Assembly (NCBI GenBank): GCA_951406725.2 | Contig: OX597819.1 | Coordinates: 128,526,001 to 128,590,000, forward strand | Source: Octopus vulgaris | Lineage: Eukaryota | DNA length: 64,000 bases | Reading direction: 5' to 3' | Shown: positions 1 to 13,135 of the stretch, in pieces | Position numbering within the stretch: position 1 is the stretch's first letter | Layout of the letters: each line of letters begins with the position of its first letter | The notes under the pieces: generated by a model | Database searches by the model: none | Seen by the model: the letters and a program-made list of their open reading frames with translations, nothing else | Told to the model about the DNA's origin: nothing | Position numbers and translations under genes: made by a program

Positions 1-424
1 TCAACAGGTCTTCGCAAGCAGAGTCTTGTGTCACAGCAAAATCAAATTTAGATGATACAAGAAATCAGATGGAATCTAGAATTGCACACTAAAGGAGATG
101 GTCACATTTCCTTGAGAATCACAAGTAAAACTGTGATTCTCACAAGAGGTAATTGCCAATATCTGGCTCTATGGATGTTTCTTATTTCTTTAGCACGGGG
201 CTCGAGTGCCAGTAATGCGACACTGGTAACGATCACGCTCGAATGGTGCCTTTTAAGTGCCACCGGAATGGAAGCCGGTTAGCCGCTCTGTCAATGATCA
301 CACTCGTATGGTGCTCTTTGTACCCTGCTAGCACGGACGCCAGTCATCGATTTTGATTTTGATTGATGTACATATAATAGCACCTAATATATCATCATCA
401 TCATTTAACGTCCGCTTTCCATGC

Positions 425-595
425 TAGCATGGGTTGGACAGCAACTGGGGTCTGGGAAGCCCGAAGGCTGCACCAGGCCAGTCAGATCTGGCAGTGTTTC
501 TACAGCTGGATGCCCTAGAAACACTGCCAGATCTGACTGGCCTGGTGCAGCCTTCGGGCTTCCCAGACCCCAGTTGAACCGTCCAACCCATGCTA
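425..595. repeat. Perfect 61-bp-arm palindrome made from a SINE B copy
   Basis: 442-502 is the exact reverse complement of 516-576, with a 13-nt spacer and a further 15-bp outer stem. Confidence 0.92.
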
Positions 596-983
596 CTGCA
601 TTTTATTTAGCTAGGGGCTAATTTTATTTGAATGGGCATTAGGAGGCATGAAGAGATGAAGAGAGGGAGTAACAGGGACCCAATGAATTATTGCTTGGTT
701 TTTATACAAAAAAGGTTGTGGTCAGACCAAGGCAGAACAGATTAGTTAATCTGCATAAATGAGGCTATCATGTATCTGCTATAATGGTCAACAGGTCAGT
801 TATCCCCCACAAGACACTGACCACTTCGGGTTGCCATCTGGCCACTTCACTGCTGAAATCAACGAAACAATTCAAGAAGCAGGTGGACACACATCAAGAG
901 GATGTAGAATGAAAATTTGGGGTAGGGGGATAGACACCATATTGAACAACAATAACAAACAAAGAGTTTCAAATACAACTTAC

Positions 984-1064
984 CTCTGTGATCATATTTA
1001 TCATTCTGCCTCGAGAGGTCCCTTTGAAGACAGCAAGTTCAATAAGACAATCTTCATCTATCTC
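984..1064 (-). CDS. MELK: MELK coding exon 9, EIDEDCLIELAVFKGTSRGRMINMITE (start of UBA domain)
   Basis: 81 nt, ttttgttcctcag acceptor and GAG|gtaagt donor, in phase with the previous exon. Resembles the MELK UBA start (LDDDCVTELSV in vertebrates). Not present in the ORF track. Confidence 0.88.
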
Positions 1065-1799
1065 CTGAGGAACAAAAGACAGGTAAATCTAAGCAAGATG
1101 TTTTCAGAAATATTTATCCCTGCTCCAATTTTTTTTTTTAAATAATTAAAAAAAAGAATACCCACAAAATTTAAAATAAGAGTCATATTAAGACATTATA
1201 AACAAAATCATTACATATATGTCCCAGTTTTAGAATGGTAAATCACATCCTTTGGTTCCATAAGAGGAGATTGAAAGAGTTGGCATAAAACACTACAGCA
1301 GAAAAACTAACTCATGCCAGCATAGAAAAGTAGATGTAAAAGACTACTGTGGACAGAATTCATGGCAGCACGAGATCCAAGAAGACGTGGGATAAAGTAC
1401 TCAAGGCCAATCTCAAGCATTACAGAGGAGATGACAAAGGACTGAGATAACTGGTATTTTGCTGTGCTCAAGAAGACCTGTCCATTACAGCAAAACTGAT
1501 GTCCCAAAACCACTTGGGTTATGCATGTACATGCAAAGCCTTGTCCCCATCTCCTTGGCTGCAGAACTCACCTTGCACATATTACATCCCACCCACTTCC
1601 TACAGCCTCCTGCAACCACTTCCATTCCCATCATCCCTGCCCACACTATGTCAACAATTCACCTCCTTTCAGACCCTTCAGCCACTGCCCTCTTTCCTCC
1701 CTCTGAGTACTTCATTCTCAACACATCTCTTTGTTATCATTTTCAATGTCATCCCATATCTACCATCATAACCCACCTACGATAGCCCCTTAAATCAAT

Positions 1800-2338
1800 T
1801 CAATGACTGGCATTCATGCTAGCGGGGTGCAAAGAGCACCATACGAGTGTGATCGTTGACAGAGCAACTAACCAGCTTCCGAGCCAGTGGCACATAAAAG
1901 GCACCATTCGAGTGTGATCGTTACCAGCGTCGCCTTACTGGCACTTGTGCCTGTGCTAGTAGGGTGCCAAGAGCACCATCCGAGCGTGATCGTTGCCAGA
2001 GCAGCCAACTGGCTTCCATACCTGTGGCACGTAAAAGGGCACCATTCTAGCGTGATTGTTACCAACGTCGCTTCACTGGCACCTGTGCCGGTGGCATGTG
2101 TAAAAAGATTTGAGCAAGGTTGTTGCCAGTACTGCCTGACTGGCCCCCGTACCGGTGTCACGCAAAAAGCACCCACTACACTCTCGGAGTGGTTGGCGTT
2201 GGGAAGGGCATCCAGCTGTAGAAACTCTGCCAGATCAAGATTGAACCCTGGTGCAGCCATCTGGTTTGCCAATCCTCAGTCAAACCGTCCAACCCATGCT
2301 AGCATGGAAAGCGGACGTTAAACGATGATGATGATGAT
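1800..2338 (+). mobile_element. SINE-like family B with (GAT)n tail and internal ~60-bp tandem modules (representative; about 25 copies or fragments in both orientations)
   Basis: Recurrent GTTGGCGTTAGGAAGGGCATCCAGCTGTAGAAA...CCAACCCATGCTAGCATGGAAAGCGGACGTTAAACGATGATGAT, e.g. 5068-5385, 6195-6637, 6822-7106, 7652-8175, 10770-11165, 14313-14722, 17435-17780, 19535-19950, 20818-21176, 32652-33083, 42350-43141, 45490-45795, 61650-62118, 62420-62652. Confidence 0.88.
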
Positions 2339-3059
2339 CGCCCTCTGCACAACTTACACCTTGCACATTCTCTTACTTTCTGTTCTGTTCTCCTTCCTGA
2401 GCCACTCCTATCTCTCCCACCTTACTCTTCTACACGCTGCTATTTCCCTCCACCTGCACTCCAGTTCATCACTCACAACATTAATCTCTACCTCCACTTG
2501 CTTACACCCACCCACCCTCAAACTTTTATGAAAGCATCCATTCCCTCATCCCCTCTCATGACCCACTGTCTGCATCCTTTCTTATGCTCACTTTCTTGTT
2601 CCTTGAGAATTTGCCCTTGCACCCCATCACTACCTTCTTTCTATCTCTTTCAGCCATGTATATCCTCTACAACAAGACACGTGGGCTTGTCCTATAATGC
2701 ATTAGTCTTGTCCTATCATACATTAAGCCTTTCAACACCTGGTGTACTACAACTCACCTCTACCTTCCTCTCCCAAGTATTTCCCCATAATAGTGGGAGC
2801 TTTCCTTTTCTTTTCCCCTATTCTTTTCTGTCTTGAAAACTACATGGCAACCTTACAAGTGCCAGTGGCATGACAAAAGTACCCAGTAAACTCTGTGAAG
2901 TGGTTGGGATTAGAAAGAGCACCCGGTTATAGCAACCATACCAAAGACAACATTGAATTTCAGTGCAGCCTGTCAAACTGTCCAACCCATGCCAGCATGG
3001 AAAGCAAGCATTAAATGATGACATTTATTTCTATATATATTTGAGAAGCATTTCATTAT

Positions 3060-4660
3060 GGTGTCTGTTTTCCTGGCTATTTCCTCATCTTAGATGTGTT
3101 GTTTCAAAGCAATCTTCTCCAGTATCACACACGGACATCCATCCCTTCCACTTAACAGCCAGGGGTCCAACCAACTGGGAGGGACACTGCATAAAATGAG
3201 AGACCACTTGAGATGATCATGAAAACGAAGTTTTGGGCATTCATGAGGCCCTCTTCCAGTCTTAATCTCACTGAACAGAACCATCTTTGGAAACCAAAGA
3301 TCCAGTATCAGAATCACATGGCCAACCCACGAAAGAAAACGACAAAGGATGCAGACCTCAATGCTGTAGATCCCAGCCCTCAGGAGGATTTTGGAATGAG
3401 ACACCTTGTCCTTCCATGTGAGACCAAGGATGATTTCGAGTGATCTAATATGGAAAGCTTCTAGTTGTCTGATTTGGCACCAATAAAAGGGTCCAGCATT
3501 TAGGCCCCATCAGGAGGGTGGATACAAAGACAGTTCAATAGATGGAAATTTTTGTGCTTGCTCTAAGGTTTTGTTCTGAAAGACTCATTCACTGAGTCTT
3601 CTAAAAGATGCAGAGGCCAAGTTGATCAGACAGGGTGTTCACCACATCAAGGAGTTCAATGTTCGAGATTGGGCATCCAAGATAGCAGATGGGGCCAGTC
3701 TGCAGTACAGAAGTATCATCAATAAGAATTGGACCGAGGGGGAGATGAGTATGGGGAAGGCTGATTACAGAATTTCAGTTTTTCAATGATTTGCTTGAAG
3801 ACTGAGCCAAGAACAGACACTGTCCATTGAGCTCATTATGTGTTGGAGACAGGTGGAGGTATGAGATGTTGCAGCTGAACTACCAGTATACGGAATCTTG
3901 TACATCACAGTTGAGAGGATTTTTGATGTAGCTTTCAGGCAGCGAGTGTTAAAGATGCTGCAATCACAGCGGTATCCGATATGAATTCCATGTTCTTGGG
4001 TGATCTATTCCCAGAAAAGAACACTTTCTTGTTTTATTGCCACCTGGACATCAAAGGGCTCCCAAGGCATCACTAGCAAGTGTCACTCTTGCTTGCATAC
4101 CATCATGAAACTTCCGGATGATTGAGAGAAATGTTGGGCAGCCAAACTTCTGAAGCAGGGGTAACATGTCTTTCTGTTGTTCAGAACGTTTTTCAAGAAG
4201 AAGATGGCCCAAAAATATCATCTCAGAAGTGCTTTTTTTCTGGTTGAAACCCACATTGGGGCTCAGACATTACTTCATTGACAACATAAATAGAAGACAT
4301 CGGAGAATATGTAAGAAACTATTGCCAGCATCATCGAGGAGAGATTCCCCTGCTGTTATCACACTCCACATGGTCTCCCTTGCATTTGTAGATTGTGATA
4401 ATATTGGAGTGCTTCCATCTGTCTGGCATAGTCTGACCCTGCCACCAGAGAGGAAACAAAGAGTGAAGATGGAATGTGATGTGAGACCCTCCATACTTTT
4501 ATGGCAACCTCATCGACGCCAGGTGACTCCTTGTTTTGGGGGCCGCAGATAGCCTGTTAGACCTCATTAAGTGTTGGTGGCTGTCATGACAGGAAGTTCT
4601 GTCATGACAGGAAGATCTGGAATCTCTTTAAGTGCCATGGGGTCCGTGGAGCAGACACAA
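3060..4660 (-). mobile_element. Heavily decayed RTE (BovB-like) LINE
   Basis: ORF fragments KFGCPTFLSIIRKFHDGM (4051..4254) and WVGHV..FPKMVLFSE..G..PKLRF.D.LK (3090..3404). Confidence 0.75.
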
Positions 4661-7361
4661 TTCAGAAGTTCTTGAAAATGTTCGCCCACCAGTGAAGGAC
4701 AATACTTGTCTCTTTCAAAAATGCTCTGAAGAAAGTTGTAAAATTCCTATGATTTCCACAAAACATGAATTTTACGACTAAAAATTCTAGGGCAAGTGTC
4801 TCTTCTTTAAAAAAGATACGAGATGAATAGGTCTGCTCGAAACACAAGATATTTCCCTCTCTTAATGATACACTAACAGATCACATCACATCACAACTTT
4901 TACATCAAGTTAATGAGTGAACCTCCAAGATGTCTCTCGACTTGCCAGAAATAATTGGTAAAGGTTCCTCGAATTATTCTAACTTTGAAACAAGATCACA
5001 TCCGAAAGTATAATCCAGTCACTGACGTGGGAAGCAGGTGATACGATCACCGCTGGATTACTTCATACCGCGTCGCCTTACTAGCACTTGTGCTGGTGGT
5101 ACATGAAATATTCAAGCGAGGTTAACGCCAGTTCCGTTGGACTGGCTCCTGTGCAGGTGGCACATAAAAAAGCACCATTTGGGCGTGGCCGTTGCCAGTA
5201 CCATCAAACTGGCCCTCGTGCCAGTGGCATGTAAAAGCACCCACTACACTCTCGGAGTGGTTGGCGTTAGGAAGGGCATCCAGCTGTAGAAACTCTGCCA
5301 GATCAAGATTGAAGTCCGGTGCGCTAGCCCTCTGTCATTCGTCCAACCCATGCTAGCATGGAAAGCGGACGTTAAATGATGATGATTCGTTAGCTTCAAC
5401 AAAGTGGTTGAGAAAATGCTACATTATTTTTCTTTTAATTCAATAAGCAGTTATCTCCCATGGTTATGCTAAGGGAGACAACTTATTAAATAAGAGCTAT
5501 TAATATTAAGGTTTTTGGTTTGAAACTATTTTCTCAATAAATCAAATATTTCCAACCGAATAGAGAAAACAAATTACTGAATAGTTTTGGAGCGATCTCA
5601 CCACTATATTGTGACGCCATTTAAATCCGAGTTAATAAAAACTAGCAGCAAAATTTCTCTCAAATTGCTATCCTCTTACATAAAGTAACACTATAGTTTT
5701 TCATACCGATAGCGTCCCTGAGTAATCAACTTCAAGGTTTGTTATTTTAAATATGCTGGGTTTCTCTCTCTCTCTTAGTGATTCTTTCGTGACTATTTCT
5801 ATTTCTTTACTACCCACAAGGGGCTAAACATAGAGGGGACAAACAAGGACAGACAAACGGATTGAGTCGATTACATCGACCCCAGTGTGTAACTAGTACT
5901 TAATTTATCGACCCCAAAAGGATGTAAAGCAAAGTCGACCTCGGCGGAATTTGAACTCAGAACGTAGCAGCAGACGAAACACTGTTGAGCATTTCGCCCG
6001 GCGTGCAAACGATTCTGCCAGCTCGCCGCCTTTCATGACTATTTCGACAAACACATCGAGCTAATGTTATCTTTCCCTCAACACATATTTACCAGTTAGA
6101 TAATTGATGTTCAGAGCATTAAAAATATTAGCATTGACTAAACAGTTTAGCTCAGCTGCTTTGCGTGCTCAGTTCAAATCCTGTTTGCCCAATTATCATC
6201 ATCATCATCATCGTTTAACGTCCGCTTTCCATGCTAGCATGGGTTGGACGATTTCGACTGAGGGCTGGTGAACCAGACACCCACACCAGGCTCCAATCTT
6301 GATTTGGCAGAGTTTCTACAGCTGGATGCCCTTCCTAATGCCAACCACTCCGAGAGTGTAGTGGGTGCTTTTACGTGCAACGGGCACGGGGGCCAGTCAG
6401 GTGGTACTGGCAACGACCTCGCTCGAATCTTTTACACATGCCACCGGTACAGGTGCCAGTAAGGCGATGCTGGTAACGATCACACTCAAATGGTGTCTTT
6501 TACATGCCACCAGCTCAGAGGCCAGATAGCTGCTCTGGCAACGATCATGCTATGATGGTGCCCTTAATACCCTACTAGTACAGGCTCGAGAGCCAGTAAT
6601 GCGACGCTGGTAACAATCACGCTCGAATGGTGCCTTAATAAATTAAGTCATGTATTGAAATCAATTCAGTTAGCTAACTCCCTTAATCAATACTGTTGTT
6701 GTTTAACTTCAGATCAACTCTGATCGCAACAAACCTATATAAACGCATTCCACTCATGACCATCCGTTTTATTTTCATATATCAGGCATTTAACGCTCAC
6801 ATAATTCAACAGTTCTTTTTTATCCGAACGTGGCCGTTGCCAGCGCCGCCTTGACTGGCCTCCATGCCAGTGACACATAAAAGCACCAACCGATCGTGGC
6901 CATTTGCCAGCCTCGCCTGGCACGTAAAAAGCACCCAATACACTCACGGAGTGGTTGGCATTAGGAAGGAAGGGCATCCAGCTGTAGAAACACTGCCAGA
7001 TCAGACTGGGCCTGGTGCAGCCTCCTGGTTTCCCAGACCCTGGTCGAACCGTCCAATCCATGCTAGCATGGAAAACGGACGTTAAACGATGATGATGATG
7101 ATGATGAATATAGCAGGATCATTTTAAGATGATTTGAACGTATTAAAGACTTGTAGGCACACAGTATTTCGTTATGCAACCATATGCTACAACATATACG
7201 AACGCTTTTGTAAGTGAATACCTTGTACTACTGTGTTAGCAGTGCACTTAAATCATGAGTTATGGTTGTCTCCAGAGAGTTTCTATAGAAATTAATGGCA
7301 GCACTGATTTTGTTGTGTTTTGTATCGGAGACGTCTGATATAAGATCAAAGATGAAAGGTG

Positions 7362-7441
7362 AAGAAAAATGGTTAATGGATGTATATGCCATATTTCGAG
7401 AGTTTTTGCTCCTTCATCAGCACCCATCTAATCCATTCATC
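7362..7441 (-). ncRNA. Type I hammerhead ribozyme, sense to MELK pre-mRNA, with A10.1-C11.1 mismatch
   Basis: Minus strand reads GAUGGGUG CUGAUGA AGGAG CAAAAA CUCUC GAAA UAUGGCAUAUA|CAUCCAUU. Stem I has 8 bp plus an extension (GAUGAAUGG/CCAUUUUUC), stem III is near-palindromic, and the AUA triplet ends at 7383. Confidence 0.7.
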
Positions 7442-10089
7442 ATCTGACGTTAAACGATGATGATGATATGCAGAATATATGTGACTAGAAGCTGGCTCTT
7501 TGAATTACAAGTACAGTCCATCCAACAGGTTCTGTCAACTCAATTTCAGTCACAAAATCTGACTGAATCAAAGATACAGCAGAGATCACTTGGGACTGAA
7601 CCCAGGACTTCCAGGTTATGAACTCCTTACTATTTGGTTATACCTACACTATCATCATCATCATCATCATCGTTTAATGTCCGCTTTCCATGCTAGCATG
7701 GTTTGGACGATTTTGACTCAGGGCTGGCGAACCAGATGGCTGCACCAGGCTCCAGTCTTGATCTGGATGCCCTTCCTAATGCCAACCACTCCGAGAGTGC
7801 AGTGGGTGCTTTTTACGTGCCACCGGCACGAGGGCCAGTCAGGTGGTACTGGCAATGACCTCACTCAAATCTTTTACACATGCCACCGGAGCAGGTACCA
7901 GTAAGGCGATGCTGGTAACGATCATGCTTGAATGGTGTCTTTTACATGCCACCAGCACGGAAGCCAGTTGGCTGCTCTGGCAACGATCACGCTCGGATGG
8001 TGCTCTTGGCACCCTACTAGCACGGGCACAAGTGCCAGTAAGGCGACGCTGGTAATGATCACACTCGAATGGTGCCTTTTATGTGCTACTGGCACGGAAG
8101 CCAGTTAGCCGCTCTGTCAACGACCACGCTCGTATGGTGCTCTTTGCACCCCGCTAGTACAGATGCCAGTCATTGAAGGTGATTTTGATTTATAACTATG
8201 GTTATAACAACTGACAACTCACATCTAACTATTTGAATATCACATCCCAATCATCAGACTGGATATAAAGTTTTGTGAGGTTCCAACTCTCATAACCAGA
8301 AACAATTCATGTTTCTTTGGCATTGAGTATGGTTTCAAACTTCTTACCACTTGTAGCTGTGTAAACACCCAGGGACGTAGGTATTTGGTAGGCAACAGGT
8401 GTAGCCGTCCGGTAAGAAGTTTGCTTCCCAACCACATGGTTCCAGGTTCAGTCCTACTGGACAAGTGTCTTTTACTAAAGCCTCGGGGCCAACCAAAGTC
8501 TTGTGGGTGGATTTGGTAGAGGGAAACTCAAAGAACTCCATCGTGTGTGCGTATATATATATATGTGTGTGTGTGTCTTTGTGTCTGTATTTGTCCCCTG
8601 CTACCACTTGACAACTAGTGTTGGTGTGATTACATCCCCATGACTTAGCAGTTCAGCCAAAGAGACAAATAGAGTAAGTAACAGGCTTTAAAAAGAAAAA
8701 TAAGAACTGGCACTGATTTGTTTGATTAAAATTCAAGGCAGTGCCCCAGCATGGCCACACTCTTATGAGAGAAACAAATACAAGATAAATAAAGATATAT
8801 ACATATACACACAACATATATTTTACGCAAGGCTTTCAAAGGTAACACTTCCTTCAGCAGCAATCAGATGGAGATCACAACGATTGCTGCACCTTCCGAC
8901 AGTATCTTGTCTTCCAACAGACCCAAGACAACAACACTAGTTGATGCGCAATGGCCCAGTGGTTAGGGCAGCGGACTCGCGGTCGGAGGATAGCGGTGTC
9001 GACTCCGAGACCGGGCGTTGTGTGTGTTTATTGAGCAAAAACACCTAAAGCTTCTCGAGGCTCCAGCAGGGGGTGGTGGCGACCCCTGTTGTACTCTTTC
9101 GCCCCAACTTTCTCTCACTCTTTCTTCCTGTTTCTTATCCCTGACTTCCTACGCAACCGCTGAGCCTGGATGCGCATTTATCCATCCGTCGATGCTCTCG
9201 GTGTCGGGGGTTGACCTGCTTTCTCTTCTGCGGGTCTTACGAATAGCAAAGGACCACGTTTCGGACTTCTCCCATCTTGCGAGTTCTGGGTCGAAGACCG
9301 CATCGCTCAATAGCAACACTATTTATCCACAGTAAAATGTCTATCCCTCGTTATTTATACGGCCACCACCTCCAGAAACAGGGTGCAGCTATAATCAGTC
9401 CAATCATAGGGCAAAATTTTTATTTACCACTTGTTGAGGAACCTCTTCTTTGCTCTCAGCCTTGTTTGTTTTTGTTTTTTCTTCGTCTCACATCTCTGCC
9501 AGATCCATCTTAAACCAGCTGGTAGAAACGTTAGCACACCGGCCGAAATGCTTATCGGTATTTCGTCATCCTATCGAGGTCGATAAATTATTCCGCCGAG
9601 GTCGACTTTGCCTTTCATCCTATCGAGGTCGATAAATTAAGTACCAGTTATGCACTGGGGTCGATGTAATCGACTTAATACCTATGTCTGTCCTTGTTTG
9701 TCCCCTCTATGTTTAGCCCCTTGTGGGTAATAAAGAAATAGGTATTTCGTCTTCCGCATCGTTCTGAGTTCAAATTACGCCGAGGTCGACTTTGCCTTTC
9801 ATCCTTTCGGGGTCGATAAATTAAGTACCAGTTACGCACTGGGGTCGATATAATCGACTTAATACCTATGTCAGTCCTTGTTTGTCCCCTTGTGGGTAGT
9901 AAACAAACAGCTAAAACACAAATTATCTCCCTTGATAAATTACGGAACAGGTAGGACTTTGTGAAGTTATCTCCCATTGACCGTTCTCTGACTACACACT
10001 AGGGTAAACAAATAGAAAAAGCTAAAATGCGTTTTAAATACACTTGTCCTTATTAAAAACCTCTGTTATGAATTTGAGATCAATGGAGT

Positions 10090-10560
10090 ACATACAATAC
10101 CCACACATCAACTACTGCCCTTTATAGATAACTCCGACGTCTGGCAGCTGACTTGGCAGACACCCATAAAATAATTAACCATCTTACAAACAATAACTCT
10201 GAGCACCTTTTCAAACACCACCTGTCTAACACCTGTGGACATGTTTACAAAGTCAGAAAACAGAACAGCTCCCATGACTTTCGGAAACATTTTTTCACGC
10301 TAAGTATTGCTGAAGCATGGAACAAACTGCTGGCATCAGTTGTTAGTTGTCGGAGCACTGCATCCTTCAAAACTTCCATGCTTCCTGAGATTCGCCAACA
10401 CTACACCTGATCTTTCTCCCCTCCATACACACGCAAGCATGTATCTGACTCATACACTGTTCGCTTCCCAGACACTTGTACATTACTGCATATGCTTTAT
10501 ATGCACTTTTGACAGGTTGTGGTGCGCCTGAGCACTGAATAAAATAATTTCATTATTATT
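10090..10560 (+). mobile_element. CR1/L2-group LINE 3' end; shorter copy at 46908-47141
   Basis: RKHFFTL..AEAWNKL..SVV..TASFK followed by an (ATT)n tail. Confidence 0.75.
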
Positions 10561-12874
10561 TTTTTTTAACTTGTTAATGGTTCTACGTTAACTCTGGGTA
10601 GTACTGGCAGTCAAATACAATAACTGCTAACCTTCCCTTCAAGAAGTAAACATTGGATATAATTTTTTTATACACTAATTGAAATCTTTTTTTAAATGTC
10701 CCCTTTTACAGCTTTTTCCCACTCACTCTTAATTACAGTTACCATCTAAACAAACTCTGATTTATGCACTATCGTTGTCAGAGCAACAAGCTGGCCTTTG
10801 TGCCAATAGCACGTTAAGCACACCATTTGAGTGTGATCGTTACTGCGTCGCCTTACTAGCACTTGTGCTGGTGGTATGTGAAAAAACATTCAAGCGAGGT
10901 CGTCGCCAGTGCCGCTGGACTGGCTCCTGTGCAGGTGGCACATAAAAAGCACCATTTGGGCGTGGCTGTTGCCAGTACCACCAAACTGGCCCTCTTGTCG
11001 GTGGCGCATAAAAGCACTCACTACACTCTCGGAGTGGTTGGCATTAGGAAGGGCATCCAGCTGTAGAAACTCTGCCAGATCAGATTGGAGTCTGGTTCGC
11101 CAGCCCTCAGTCAAATCGTCCAACCCATGCTAGCATGGAAGGCGGACGTTAAACAATGATGATGATTAATTTTACAATATTCCATACACACACATCACTT
11201 TAACATTCTTTTTTCCATGCTTGCATGGATCAGATGGAATTTGTTGAGGGAGATTTTCTGCTGTTGTATGCCCTTCCTGTTGTCAACCCACACCCATTTT
11301 AAAACAAGGCAATGTTTCTGCTAGAGCAGACATGTTTTCATAAAATATTGGAGATGAATGGCATTTATTTATGATAATCACAATCATCATCATCGTTTAA
11401 CATCCGCTTTCCATGCTAGCATGGGTTGGGCGATTTGACTGAAGGCTGGCGAACCAGATGGCTGCACCAGGCTTCAATCTTGATCTGGCAGAGTTTCTAC
11501 GGCTGAATGCCCTTCCTAACGCCAACCACTCCGAGAGTGTAGTGGGTGCTTTTACGTACCACCCATGCTAGCATGGAAAGCGGGCGTTAAATGATGATAA
11601 TGATGATGATATAATTTATTTGCTGACTTAAAATGATGTTGCTAATTGTTAATTTCCCAATGATTGTGAAATATCACAATCCGTGAGCAACATTTTCATT
11701 GTCGTTAAATGAAAATTGTAAATTTCGTATCACATTGACTCTTTTGTGACCATCTTTCTAATAAAATATGCTCTCCAAATGTTTTAATCAATTTTGAACA
11801 ATAACAAAAAATTATCATACAATTTAGACAAATGACTTTTCACAGAAAATTAGCATAGCTGGGGGGTTTTTTCCTATCTAAATAGGTATTTGTTAATAAA
11901 AGATTCATTTGTAAAATTATGATGGAAAATTTTAATTTGAATATGAAACTTTAAAATTAGACATTTTATTCAATATCATACAAGAGGGGATCTTTTCGGT
12001 TTGACTGGCAGCTTTTTAAAATAATTTCCACGTAACTAAACACTTTTAAACTTCGTATACTGGTAGAATGTGTTTATAAAACATCTTTTTCTCTTGGCTT
12101 TATTGAGAAAATTCTATAGTTTGTAAGATATTTGTTGTTTTTTTATCCTCAATTTCTGCAATTTCAACCAATCAATGACGTCTATTGAGGTGAAAACATT
12201 CTGTGCCGTATGAATATGTCCCTCGTTTAAGAAACAGATTGGGTTTATTTACATTTCTGGAAAAAAAAAAAAGATACCCTTCCCCCCACCCCTAACTCTA
12301 ACCCTAAAACAGATTGAAATGCAATAGATCGATACTAGGGTCATAATTATGGGTGACAATTTCATATGACACCGCTAGAAAAAACTGTCGTTCAAACCGA
12401 AAAGATCCTACAAGCGGTAACGTCGACCAACTTTTGGTATCAAAGCAGTTATCTCCCTTGTAATATCTGAAACAACTAATGCGAACGCGTAGACTCAAAT
12501 ATTAGCAAGTATGATTTAAAATTGCTATATTTATGTGTAGCTGGTCAAATAGGTAGTTGTGGTTGCTGGTATTTGGCTGCATGATTGTATACGTAGGGAT
12601 GATAGCTACAGAATTACACAGGTTAAATGAATAACATATAAATGTACATAATGTTGTGTCTGGGGAGAGTCATTTTCTTTTTGTGCCTTATTATGTAACA
12701 CACTCACCGGTAAAATTTCCACTTATTTTTATTTTTTTTATTTTTTATTTTTATAGGACAATTTTTTAGGACAATAAAAATAAGAAAAAAAGTGGAAATT
12801 TTACCGGTGAGTGTGTTAAATAATGAGGCACAAAAAGAAAATGACTTTCCTCAGACACAATAGAATATGCTTCA

Positions 12875-13135
<261 letters not shown>

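Noticed and set aside
1868-2321. Recurrent ORFs with FLQLDALPNANHS / VVGAFYVPPA motifs
   Set aside because: Chance reading frames of SINE B copies; frames and stops differ between copies.
8950-9020. tRNA genes (also 15920-15995, 16490-16565)
   Set aside because: tRNA-like heads run directly into SINE bodies, and no complete cloverleaf with acceptor stem could be built.
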